This document shows, piece by piece, positions 1-12,005 of a stretch of DNA of 64,000 nt. A model generated the notes under the pieces. The model saw only the letters and a list, made by a program, of their open reading frames with translations, had not been told where the DNA came from and ran no database searches. The stretch lies in assembly GCA_048013815.1 (NCBI GenBank), contig CM106586.1, forward strand, positions 21,452,001 through 21,516,000, written 5' to 3'. The DNA is from Setoptus koraiensis (Eukaryota; Animalia; Arthropoda). A program made the position numbers and the translations under genes. Within the stretch, counting starts at the first letter, position 1. Every line of letters starts with the position of its first letter.

Positions 1-3000
1 TGTTTTTTGCCCCATGAAGAGGGATGCTCCGTCTGCAGTTTGTTCAACAAACTTTGTTGGGGCCGGCAACCGGCAAGTTGATGATTGTGTTACCAAGTGG
101 CGGCCGCAATTCTCTTCGTGGGGCCCATTGTTGTCAATGGTGGCGCTGTTGTTGTTGTCGTGCCACGACGGGTAACCGGGTGCTCGGGCCGGCCTCGCAT
201 GTCGCTTTGTCGCGGCGACAACTCGCTAGGTGGGCCCCGCCGATCAAATCGATCGCTGTCGTGGCAACACAACTGGCGAGCCGCCAGCGAACATGATTAA
301 ATCAAGCTGATGGGCCCCTGTCTCAACTCTTCGGTTTCCAGCAAAACAGCGCGAGCAGCGGCGCACACAGCGAGCTAAGTGCTCAATGATTAGAAGCATC
401 TCTCTCGTCTGCCAGGCGCCTCTTTCAGGCCGCGACGCTGGCTGGGGCCTGCGACGCGCCGGGAAATGTCATCGCCGCCACGACATTCCTACTGGGCCTC
501 AGTGGGAAGCTGGCGCGGCGCGGCGCGTTAATTCACTCGCCGATTGTTGTTGCCGTTTCTCCACTTGGAGGCTCGCCGGCGGAGACACGCGGGCTGACAC
601 ACTCAATCTAGCCGATCTAACCGACATAGTTGTGCATGCTCCTTGGGCCCCCTGTTTTTTCTCTGGCCCCGCCGATTTGTCGCAAAACGTATGTTCGCTG
701 TTGGGCTGTTTAATTGGTATTGTTGGCTCGCAAACGAACGATTGAGCTCGCCAACTGACAACAACCGATTCGGCCAGCGGGCCCCTCCTATAATGTCAAT
801 CATGGGCCCAAATCGATATATTCTGGTTGCAGCCGCTGGCTGTTTCTGGCGCACCAGAATCCGTGTGCCCCCGCCAGGGCAACACACTCACGGACGAATG
901 CACCGAATGCACTTGCCATGGCGCCCAACGGATATGAATTTATTGGCTAGTAGTGGGCCTCGTTGTGATACTTTTTCGCATTGGCCCGTGTCAATTGGAA
1001 TTGCTTCGTTTTCTGGCGGCGATTTCGGGCGCCAATTGGGGCCCATCTCTAATGTGTGTCGGGCAATTATCGCCGCCGCTCGGCTGCTTGTCGCCGGCGT
1101 TTCGGGCCGGCTAAGCGGCGGGGCGCCAACAGTTGAGAGCCGCCTCGTGGCAGCACCTGTGAATGAATGATGATAACAGCGCGCGCTTCGGTGCCACCGA
1201 AGGGGCGACGCGGCTCACAAGGTGACGCGCACTCTGTTGTTTATGTGTTGTTGTTGTTGTTGTCATCGTTATTGGCCCTCACAATGATCGATTCAATTAT
1301 CCATGTTGTCCGACAAGCGATGACATAATACTGGCAAGTCATTCGTCGTCAGCGCAAACAATGCTTGCCAGTGGTGCACTTGGTGAATCGCTGGCTTCCA
1401 ATCCGTCGTATTATCCCAACATCATCCCCACCTTGCTCGCGCCTCCACTGTTTTCTATGCACGTGACACGTGCTATACCGGCATAATACGGTATAAATAT
1501 TTAATTACGCCCCAATATCCGAAATTAATGCATGTTATACTAGGTGCGCTCGGCAATATATTCATTGCCACTGTGTGGTGCCTGTCGCCAACGGGCCCCC
1601 AAATCTCGTCGGCTGATCATGGGCCCGACTACAATCGTAGATGCACTAATTAATACGTACAGACGTGGCAATTTGTGGCCTGGAAATTTCGCATTATTAT
1701 TCGCACCTCACGCGCCTTGCCTGATGCTCGATCACGTCGTATCACTAACGACGATGCCGATGAAAATTGTTTCGCATGTCAGCGGGCACCTCTAACGAAT
1801 TGCATTCACTGTGGGCACATTGGGCCATAAATATCACGTCACGACGAGCTCGATCGAATCCGTCCGAATTTGCCGAGAGCAAAATATACGAACACTTGGC
1901 AACATTCATTCGCTAATCGGCTTCACCCAAGCGGAGATTCGTGATCCTTTATGCAAGGCACAAACCAAGTGGAATAAGTCACAGAAAAGAGCATGCATAA
2001 ATTCAATAATTTTTCAATATTCTTGGTGCAAGCACACACTCCGGGGATGCTGGTTTACATCACGAAAAATGAAAAAAGTCACAGCAAACAACGAGAGTTC
2101 CTCCAAACGAAAACTTGAAGCTCGACTGCCCCTCAATGAGAATTTATAGAGGCCCTTGATTCGCTGACAATGTCACTGTCTGGCCGCCACCGGATTTAAA
2201 TAAAGTGTTGGCCTCACTAACACAAGCTGGCACCGGCAGCTTGTGACTTACAAGTTGTGAGTCGATATGAATGAGACTGAATCTCAGAATTTAGATGAGC
2301 ACATCTACTGAAAGAACCCGCTAATGACAAGGCGCTGTCTTGAGCGGATTTTTTCACTAGCTCAGTCAATTAATTTGCCCAATTTCTAGATACGGGCCCC
2401 AAATATTCGTGCGTGGATAGTGATCGAGCGTGTCACAGCGGCGACGGTTGACAAAATTATGCCAAAATGTGCAATATGGCATATCATTGGAGTGATATCA
2501 ATTGACAATTATCTAGCTGGCATCGCTGAGATTTCGCAGATCGTGCCCCCGGCGACAGTCGACACATCGAGCATAAAATGCAGCGGCGGCGCACGAAGAT
2601 GCCTCGCATAAACAGATCTGTTGATACACGTTATTACGACTACCTCAATTCGTGAAAAGGTACATTTTCGGACGGATAAAATAAGATAAATAAGATAACA
2701 AGACCATTGACGAAATGTGTGCCGGCATGTATGAGATGCCGGCGACTGAAGTGGCCCGTTTCGTGGCTCTTATCTTATCCCGTCCAGAAACATAGGTGTC
2801 ACCTATTAGGTGACTACTCATGACAAGTGGTCGGATTGGGCCCATTTGGGCGATAATGCATTTCGGCATCTCGAAAAAAACATTTCGGGCACATTGGGCG
2901 TGAGAGCGAGCCTTTTCAGTTTGCATGCGATCATTTTATCTGTCACCGATTGGTATCACGATGAATTATCGCGCGCATGAATTGAGCGCGACAGAAGCGA

Positions 3001-3602
3001 ATTTGAGCACATACGATTTGTCACTTATTTCGTGTGGGGCCCCAATGGAGACAGCGCCCAGTGCGTTAATTGGCGCCAACATGCCACATGTCAGACAGTT
3101 GATGAAGAGCGCCTAATGGCGCCCAGTCGGACAGGTAGACAGGTGAGTGCTTAGAGGCGCGCACAGCTCGACAGAGTGTCGCCCACAAATAACTGTCAGT
3201 TGTGTCGCCAAGACATCTCAAGATAACGTGTCGTGACAGCAGCTAGTGCTGGCTGGCTATCGAGTGTCACAACAATTGTTGGCCCTTCCTATGGAGGCTC
3301 CAACCGTTGCAGTCCAACGGCAAAACTGAGACACGAGTCCACTGACAAACTGAACAAATTCAAGAGCGTCAACTTGTTGGTGAGCTCATTGTTATATCAA
3401 ATTGTTATTGCATTATGACGGGCGAGTTTGTTTGGCATTTGTCGCGCAAATAAACAGATAAATGTCAGGCGGGCCCGCTGTCGAGCTAATTATAATTGGC
3501 TGCCGCGAGAGGCTAGCGCGACGAAAATGCCCGCTCTGTTTGCAGCCGACTGGCGTTGCTTTCCGAAACTAACCCCCAGCCGGATTATGCGGCCAGATTA
3601 TA

Positions 3603-3668
3603 ATATCGCGATGATATCGCGATGATATCGCGATGATATCGTGATAATGTCGTGATAATGTCGTGATC
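3603..3668. repeat. 11-bp minisatellite (ATATCGCGATG)n, ~6 copies, degenerating 3'
   Basis: Read directly from the sequence; the unit contains the palindrome ATCGCGAT. Confidence 0.9.
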
Positions 3669-4316
3669 ACATGCGCGCCTTTCGGCCATTTGCGTTCATG
3701 CGACGTGATTCATTTGACACGAGCTAATGATGCCCGCGTTGTACGTATTTTTGCACGTGTATGCAGGGCAGTATTATTAACAAGTGTCGACAGCAGATCC
3801 GACAACAACAAGTTTGCGACAATATGGACGAAAGTCGCCACGCATTACTAATGTGACATTAGTCGCAAACAGCCTAGGTGCACACAACAATACAGCCCAT
3901 TAACAGACATATTACATAATAATGGTAATAATTAATCTTAGCTAATGTCGCCCAATGTCAGACACGTTGTTTCGCTGGCCACTTGTGAGCTGGCTTTTTG
4001 AGCTGAAGTGGCGCCCTCAGGAGATTGCGCCAACCGGGCTGAGATCGCCCGGTTGCCCGGTGTCAGCAAGCTTTTTTGGTTTCAGGTTTTCGGTCGCCCA
4101 CCAAAAACCAGCCAAAACGGAACCAGCGGCGTCGGTTCCGTTTTGCTTGTCATTAGTTGTCATTGTGTGTTCGCGTAGACTGGTGCTGGCACACTGGCTG
4201 GCCATTAGAAAGCCAGCGCTAAAAATAAATGTAGCAGCAAGCATAGACGACGTTTGGGCTTATTATTCTTTCCACCCGAGCGAGGAATCCCCTGTTTTCT
4301 GTCCGTTTTTTGGTTG

Positions 4317-4395
4317 TTTTTGGCTGTTTTTGGCCGTTTTCTGGCCGTTTTCTGGCCGTTTTCTGGCCGTTTTCTGGCCGTTTTCTGGCCGTTTT
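4317..4395. repeat. 11-bp minisatellite (CTGGCCGTTTT)n, ~6 copies
   Basis: Read directly from the sequence. Confidence 0.92.
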
Positions 4396-5104
4396 GTCGT
4401 GTAATTCGGTAGTCGTGTGTTCGCTCGTCCGTTGTGACCGTTTGCCGGTGGCTCGCATCACTTAATTGTGCACTCAATTATCTGACCCGCACTCGTACTT
4501 TTTCGCCCGTCTCGCGATTGTCTCACGCGCTGAAATTGTCAGGCGATTTCAGCGCGCGAAAGACCCATTGTCATGTCTTGGCAGCGAGCGATTCAACGAG
4601 CGACGGGCTGCCACTGAGCCCGTCGAGGCCACCCAGCGCCAACAATCGGGAGCCGACAATCGGGCGCCGACAATCGGGCAACAACAATCGAGCATTAGCA
4701 GCGACAATCCGAACACAAAAGGTTCGCGGGTATGTCAGCGGACATATGCCAGACGAGCCAATTGCTGCGCAACAAACAGTGCAGTGCAATTAGAATTTCT
4801 CGCAATTTCTTTTCGGGGCCACCAAGTTGGCCCAAAAAGAAACTTGTTTTCTTAGCGAATTTCCTACAATTTCTCTCGTTGGCAAAACACTGTGCTGTGC
4901 TGGGAATTTTAGCGCGACCCTGCGCTGACAAACTGGCATTGTGAACGCCTCTACCAGCCACCAAATACAGCCAATTCCGGCACGAGGCATGCAGATTTGA
5001 CCAGTCAGTTTCAATGGGCCGGCTCAACGCATGACACGGCCGCCAACGGGCAGCGCCCGCAAACGAAATCGCGAGAAATCGCCCAGTGAGCGGACTTGAG
5101 GATC

Positions 5105-5190
5105 TCGGAATATCAGAATATCAGAATCTCAGTCTCAGAGTCTCAGAATCTCAAGAATCTTAGAATCTTTAGAATGTCCAGAATCTAGAG
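5105..5190. repeat. Degenerate (AGAATCT[C/T])n repeat
   Basis: Read directly from the sequence. Confidence 0.75.
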
Positions 5191-7154
5191 TTCGGGGTTG
5201 TGAGGCTCGGCGTGCGCCAGCGGTCAGCCTATTGGGCCCGTGTGCCGTGATCCGCCCATGCCGCTCGCAAGTGGGCCCCACAAAAGATCCATTGAGATAC
5301 AGCTCGCGCTGGTGTCCGGCTGGCGGGAAAAAGAGGCGACTTTTTGTTGTTGTTGCGCTGGCGCTGGCTCGGCCGGCGACCACGTTCGCGCCCCCATTAT
5401 TCATAAGCATCTGCATCACTTAGTGACACGCTTGCCAGTGGTGACATTGACGCCGAAATCACGTCGGCCGCTCGGTCAGTAAGTGCTTCGGTCGGCGCGC
5501 CGATCACGCGGCCGCTGTCCCGAGTCATGGGTCTCGGGCTCCGGGACGCCGCCGCATGTCTTACAATAACAGACTGACAAGACGCTTCTTTATGGCCCCA
5601 TTCTCCCCTTGGCCGGCTGGCTCGCTGGCTGGCCGGCTTGCTGGCAGCGAACAAGAAAGAACGCGCGCCTCATCCGAGATGCGGCTGGTGGCGCCAGATA
5701 ATAAGCGGGCCTCTCGCGAGAACGTGACTCATGAGTTATGTATATCACTCGTGACGGTCAGTGTCTGGTATCGCCAAGTGTCTCATTGGGCACTTGCTCG
5801 GACATCATGATCGTTGCATTATATTCAATTACAAGCTGCACATGTCATTAGACTCGCAACGCTCTTATGTAAGCTCTTATATACACTCTCATATTATATG
5901 CAGCTTGTATATGACTCATACTATCTGAGTCGTCTACAAGCTGCCTCGCTCGAGTATCTGGCCGGGCCCCACTCAGCCAAAAACAAGGGGCTCCCTCGCG
6001 CCACTCGTCTGCGAGAGCTCGCAACCGAATAATCTTGAAATAATAATATTACACATACATTGAAATGACACGTATATTGAGTTAATATATATATGTGTGT
6101 GTGTATATATCCGGATATCGGAATATGCTATTGTGAGCTGCTATTTTTGGCCCTGTTGCAAGGTGAGCAACGTGCCAGCGTGAGGCTGCACAAATGAGCC
6201 AATTCGTCGGTGCGCCAAATTTGCAGGTTCGCCCCCACTGGCCGTCGAAGAAAACGGACAGAAGGAAAATTGTCGATTTGAGCGCCTTCGAGCGGGCGCT
6301 CACTTACGAGTTGGCTCACTCGCGTCGCAACAAAGCGCCAACGTGTCTGCTCGACGAGCCTCAATTCCTCAACTTTGAGTGTTCGAAGGAGCCTCGAATC
6401 GTGCGTTCGCAAGAGCCGAGCGCCAGAGTGCAGTCTCGACGGGAGCCCATCGAACGGACAATTGAATTGTCTGTCGTGTGAGTCGAGCCAATTGTGATGC
6501 TGGTGGCAACGTTAGATTGGTTGCTGTGGATTGGATAACAACATTACAGCATCGGCCGTCAGGGTGAGGCCAAATAAATGATACACGCGCTCATTAGGTC
6601 CAACGGAGTCGGTTCAGAAATTCTTTCGTTCGCGACACAACTCTGGAGCTTCCTTTTCGGGCTCGAACCTGCCCAGATGACACCTGTTTTTTGCACTGAA
6701 AACACTCAAGTTGCATTTTTTTTTGTCCCTAAAACCGAAAATTGGGCTTCGCTTTCATCGATCGTTGCAAATTTCGCACCAACTGACGAACGCCATGAAT
6801 TTCTGATGAATTCGTGGTCCGAAAATCCTGGAAATGATCTGAATATGCACTGTGTTTCGTTCAGTGGGTTGCGAGAAATGGAAAAATCTCAAGTTTTGAA
6901 ATAAATAAAACTGAAAACCGACTGTGAGCAGTTTTTCTCACCGATTCTGTTTTGCCTGATAACGATGACAGCACACAGGATTTGGGCCCAACACATGGCA
7001 TATGTAGTGCCCAGGATTGTTGCGATGTGTCTGTAATTGAATTATAGTTGCAGTTATTATATTTATGGCCTGTTTACGACTCTGCCCACCATCCAAAGCA
7101 GGATATATCCGTCCGAAATAATATGTATGTTAGCTCCGAATGGCACCGGCTTCC

Positions 7155-7293
7155 ATCGTGATACTTGCATCATGATATTCAACGTATCATGATGTTCGAA
7201 GTATCACAATATTCGAAGTATCATGATATTCGACGTATCATGATATTCGACGTATCATGATACTCGATGTATCATGATACTCGATGTATCATC
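7155..7293. repeat. 17-bp minisatellite (TATCATGATATTCGACG)n, ~8 copies
   Basis: Read directly from the sequence; the unit carries the palindrome TATCATGATA. Confidence 0.92.
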
Positions 7294-9272
7294 GCGGTCG
7301 CAAAGCAGTGAATCAAACGGCAATTGAAATAAAACACGAGCCGCTATCGTGACAATCCGGAATGACAGAGTTCGCACTGGGTGTACACGTTTCTGCCCCC
7401 CCACCCTAACCGGGTATCCGGACCGGCCTTATAACAGGTTATGTTATACACAGTTATGTCGGGTCCGGTCGCGGGCAAGTTAATGGCGGATTGTCATGCC
7501 GACCGGTATGCGTGGTTATTCGCGCTTCAGTGCACTAATGCACTGGATTGATGTGTTTTTTGGCGAGCCCAATCTGACGCATGAGGTGAGAGAGGCCAAA
7601 TTAAGATCGTCGGTCATTAGTTGTTCGTAGTGCGATATCTGACGCACTTTGGCTGCCATCTCTGGCACGATATCTTCTAAGCGGCGCCCCCACCGAAAAA
7701 CACCTTCCCATGAGCGTGTCAGGCCCTACGAAGAGGCCCCTGCGAGACCCCAGCTCAATGAAACCAACTCATGCATACAGTCACTGTATTACAGTGTGTG
7801 TGTGTGTGGGTGTTGTCTCACCACTCACGCATGCACGCCCGTGCTAGTTTGGCACCCGATTCAATTGGCGCCAATTCAATTTCGTTACAAATAATTTATT
7901 TGAAATAAACTGAATGTTGAAACGAGCTTGAATGAATTATCTTGAGCGAACGGAAGTCGCGAATCTGTCTTCATTTAGTGATTCTGGACGGGCGCCAATT
8001 TGCAGATTGTGAATGCGCACAAAAATATTGATACAACGATTGGTGGATACAACAACAGTCGTCTTGCCATAGCCAAGCGAATTGAATCATCCCAACTGCA
8101 ACATACACAAATGGAGCGATCAAAATATCTGGTCATCATCTCGCGAATATTTGCATGAATTATTTGCATGACACACCAGCCGTAATTAATTGATTGTCCG
8201 ACAACCAGTGACACTGCCGAGCCGCCCTATTAGGTCATGCGGAGTGTGTGCATACTTCGCTTGCATTTCTCCCTCAATTGGGACTATCATCAATGGGGAC
8301 TCTCATCGATTGGGACAAACAATTGAGCGCGTGATTAATTTGCAACTCGGCGGAATTGGGCCATTTGGAGGCGACGGCAGCGACAAAGCTTCTGTGAACG
8401 TTCTTCGAGAACGTATCGGTGGAACAACGTGAGCCTGGACAGCGATTTTCGCTCAAAATGATCGCACAACACACAAACTCTTTATTTATACGCTCGCCTC
8501 GATCAGCTTTATCCGCTGATGGAAGTTGTCAAATCGAGCAGCCAGTTATACAGTGCAGTGGTTTGTGGTGGCAATACAATCACGATGATCGATTGAGTTG
8601 AGTCTCTATTGAACGTGTTGCGCGGCGCGATTCGCGCGTGTTGGCACCGGAAGTGGGCCCTTTGTGTTTTTTGCATTTACATTTTCTTCGCATGGGCACA
8701 TTTTCTGTTAGGTTCTGCTAGGTTCTGTTAGGAGGCGAGCAAGCGAATGACAAGTGTGAACAATATCATTATTATGACGTAATTGTCGTCGCACGCGCTC
8801 TGTAGCACTAGCTCTGCAGTGTGTGGCTGCATCTTACCTGGATATTGGATTGTGGGCGTCATTGCATATCGCACTGGCATATCGCACTGGCTCATTGTGA
8901 CATTGTGTGGGTGTCTCATTGTCGGCTTGTCGGCTTGTCGGCGGGCTATAGGCATTATTGGCTATATTATGCAAATTATCACCACTGTGTAGCATAATAT
9001 ACCCAAAAAATAGACCACGTTGAGCATGTTTGCGTGCAACCAGGTAACTAACGGTTCACGGGCTGACTGGTGGCGTGACTTTGTGAAAACTGGCGCCGAG
9101 TTCAACTGATTTGGTGCTGCTGCTGCTAGGCTTATCATTGATGAGTTATCAACTTGCGAAATAACATCCATTTGGCACATTGTTGCTGATTAAATAGTGC
9201 CCGCGGTGCTCACGTCCGCGCGTCACCTTTGTCATTGCGCCATTGCGACAATTTCGCGTTGACTGACGCGCC

Positions 9273-9375
9273 ATTTTTCGCTCACTTTTCGCGATTTTTC
9301 GCTCACTTTTCGCGATTATCACGCCGACTTTTCGCGATTGTCACGCCGACTTTTCGCGATTGTCACGCCGATTTT
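9273..9375. repeat. Compound tandem repeat with CACTTTTCGCGATT / CACGCCGACTTTTCGCGATTGT units
   Basis: Read directly from the sequence. Confidence 0.8.
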
Positions 9376-11419
9376 CGGCTACGACGAAAAAAAGAGTTGC
9401 AAGCGATTCGTCACGTTGGGCCTAATCCATTTTTGTGATCCAGTCGAGCGCAATAGTCGATAACAGCGATGATGTCATCGATTTGCGAGCTCGCCACCTA
9501 CGCGCCATCGGCGCGTCACATTTGGCCGGGATTATCTCTGATCCCTGCCGGGCGCATTTCAAGGCCGACTCGGCTTACGGCGAGCCTGTCTAACTGTCAG
9601 CGAGACAATCAAATGTTTGTTTTTCAGCTCCGCTCACCTGTCGCCGATCAGTGTCATTCGGCGCCTATTGCTACCGGCGGATATTGTGCCCGACTGACAC
9701 GCGGCCGGGCGCTGGCGATCGTTGCGCCGCAATCAGCGTCGAGCGTCGGGCACCGCCGCAACACGCCAACAAGGCGCGTATAACCGCATGCGGCCGTACA
9801 CATAATCGCCGCATATAATCACTCGTGTACAAAAGTCGAGCCCGTGGCCCTGGCGAAAGGCGCCGCAACTAAATTTTCACACCGGAACGAACGCCGCCCG
9901 AACAGCTCGCCCGAGCGACGACGCCAACAATCGCTCGCCAGCCGCCACAGCTCGCTAGTCAATATGCGTATAGTGGGCGTTCGAGAATAATCTAGCAATT
10001 ATAGTCGACGAGATCATATTATCACGCCTCATTACGTTTCTCTCATGATGCACTCATCGTGTGCAAAGGTGAGCCGTAGGTGATTGCACCCAACCAGGTG
10101 ACCAGGTGAACGCGGCATAATCCGGCCGGATTGCCTCGTTTGTGCGTGTGTGCAATGAATTTAATGTCGGGCGCGCCAAGTGATCTGGAACTCGCCTCGA
10201 TAGTTGTCGAGTGGGCCCAACGAGACGCGAGCCCGTCTTGTCGGGCCGAAACTGCCAATGATGGCTCGGCTAGTGGGCCCACTGGAGCTATTGCTATTGT
10301 TTAGTAAATCGCCCAAGTGTCGGCGGGCGCTCGAATTTCGAAAGAATTTCAAAACAAAACAAAAAATGCTTCTTTTCTGTCGCCACTTTCGAAACCATTT
10401 CCGAACAAAAACAAATTGGATCCAACGTAGATTTTTGTGCCGATGTCAACGATCAGTGCGCGACTGCTGCCCGGATTCCGGCGCCCAGTGCGCACTATTT
10501 CGGCAATTTCGGTAAAACTGTCTTGTGCGTCAACTTTGGCGCTTTTTTTCCGAACGCTTCTTGCAATATTGTTTGCAGGAAGCGGGCGCCTGCTTCCGTG
10601 CGAGCGCAGCGTGGCAGGCGCACGCTTTCATGCAAAAATTCACATAAGCAAAAATGGAAGCGAAACATGAAAAAGACGAGGAAAATGGCCACTCCGTGAG
10701 CTCAATCGTGGGCCTGACAGATATTGTAAATATATTGTAGTTCGTAGCAAAAGCACAAAGTAACATAAAGTGGCGAGATGTTTTTTTTTTGAGATGGCGC
10801 TGGAAGCGATAAATCGCAAACAATTCTCGACCATTAATTGGGGAAGAAATGCACCTTCTTCACTAAATATTTGGACAATATTTGGTCTTTGATGCACACA
10901 ATGTTGTTCTGATGAATTATTCATGCGCCAGCCAGCCGTTTGATTGGCCTGATAATTCAGTGGTAAGTCACAATGGCGCTCACATTGCGACTGTGTGTGG
11001 GGCCAGCGGAGATATTTATCGCCGATCTGTCGAAATGTCACTGCAGCGGTCAGGCCGTTATTGGTGAGCTCGTCATTGATTTAGTGTGGCCAGTTGAGCG
11101 TGTTTATGGGCCCACGACTGGCACCATATCCAGCCAATACTGACCCTTTGGCTGTAGGGGCCTGGCAATCATTGAACATTGCTTGAAATTGGTAGTTACA
11201 TTTTAGTATGTTCTTGTTTTGGGCTTGGCGCAATTTTGCCGAGCGCCACTGATTGTGTTTGTGATCTGTTGTGATTTAAAAAGACGCCATTGGTTTGCGC
11301 GAACAGCACGACCGTTATCGCGAGGCCAATCATTCTGTTCAGGGCCCACAAATTCGATTCTGTTCCGATATGAATGGATCTGGTTGACAGTGTGCATTTA
11401 TTTGTATTTACAGACCGCG

Positions 11420-11475
11420 TAAGTCTAGTCAAGTAAGTCTAGTCAAGTACGTCTAGTCAAGTACGTCTAGTCAAG
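11420..11475. repeat. 14-bp tandem repeat (GTCTAGTCAAGTA[A/C])x4
   Basis: Read directly from the sequence. Confidence 0.92.
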
Positions 11476-11944
11476 GTTCATTAGGGGCCCCATTACGGCC
11501 TTGCAATTATTTGCAGTCATAAACAAGCATGCAGAGGGCATGAACAAATATGTGCGGTTAAATGCGCCAATTTCTGGCAGTGTGTTCTGGCAGTGCAAGC
11601 CAAATTAGACAGCGAAACAATCAGCAATCTCTGGCGCTCTGACTTGACCCTGACCGGTTATTATAGTGCGACAACTCGAACGCGACCGCCTGTCTCTCGA
11701 GCCATACATTAACTGACAACATTGACTGACTGGTGACTAAATAGGTCGGATATTTTCCGTTCTCGGAGCGACTGTTTCGAGGGGAAGCTTCGAGTAGTCT
11801 CAGGCCGCTTGTGCCTTTTGTGCCGCTCACTGCCAGATGAATCGTGAGCCTCTCATCCGGCCGATCCGCTGCAAAATATCCGATTTACAAATCTTTTCGT
11901 CGAGCATCAGCTTGCCTTTTTCGTTTGCCCGTCTCTCACTATTA

Positions 11945-12005
11945 TCTCTCACTATGAGAGTCTCACTATGGGAGTCTCATTATGAGAGTCTCACCATGAG
12001 AGTCG
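11945..12005. repeat. 15-bp tandem repeat (TCTCACTATGAGAG-like)x4
   Basis: Read directly from the sequence. Confidence 0.8.

Noticed and set aside
5105-5190. GAA-rich repeat as a heat-shock element
   Set aside because: Lacks the alternating GAAnnTTC spacing.
6194-6481. 95-aa ORF with coding-like composition
   Set aside because: No recognisable motif or splice context; may be a decayed fragment, but I cannot support it.
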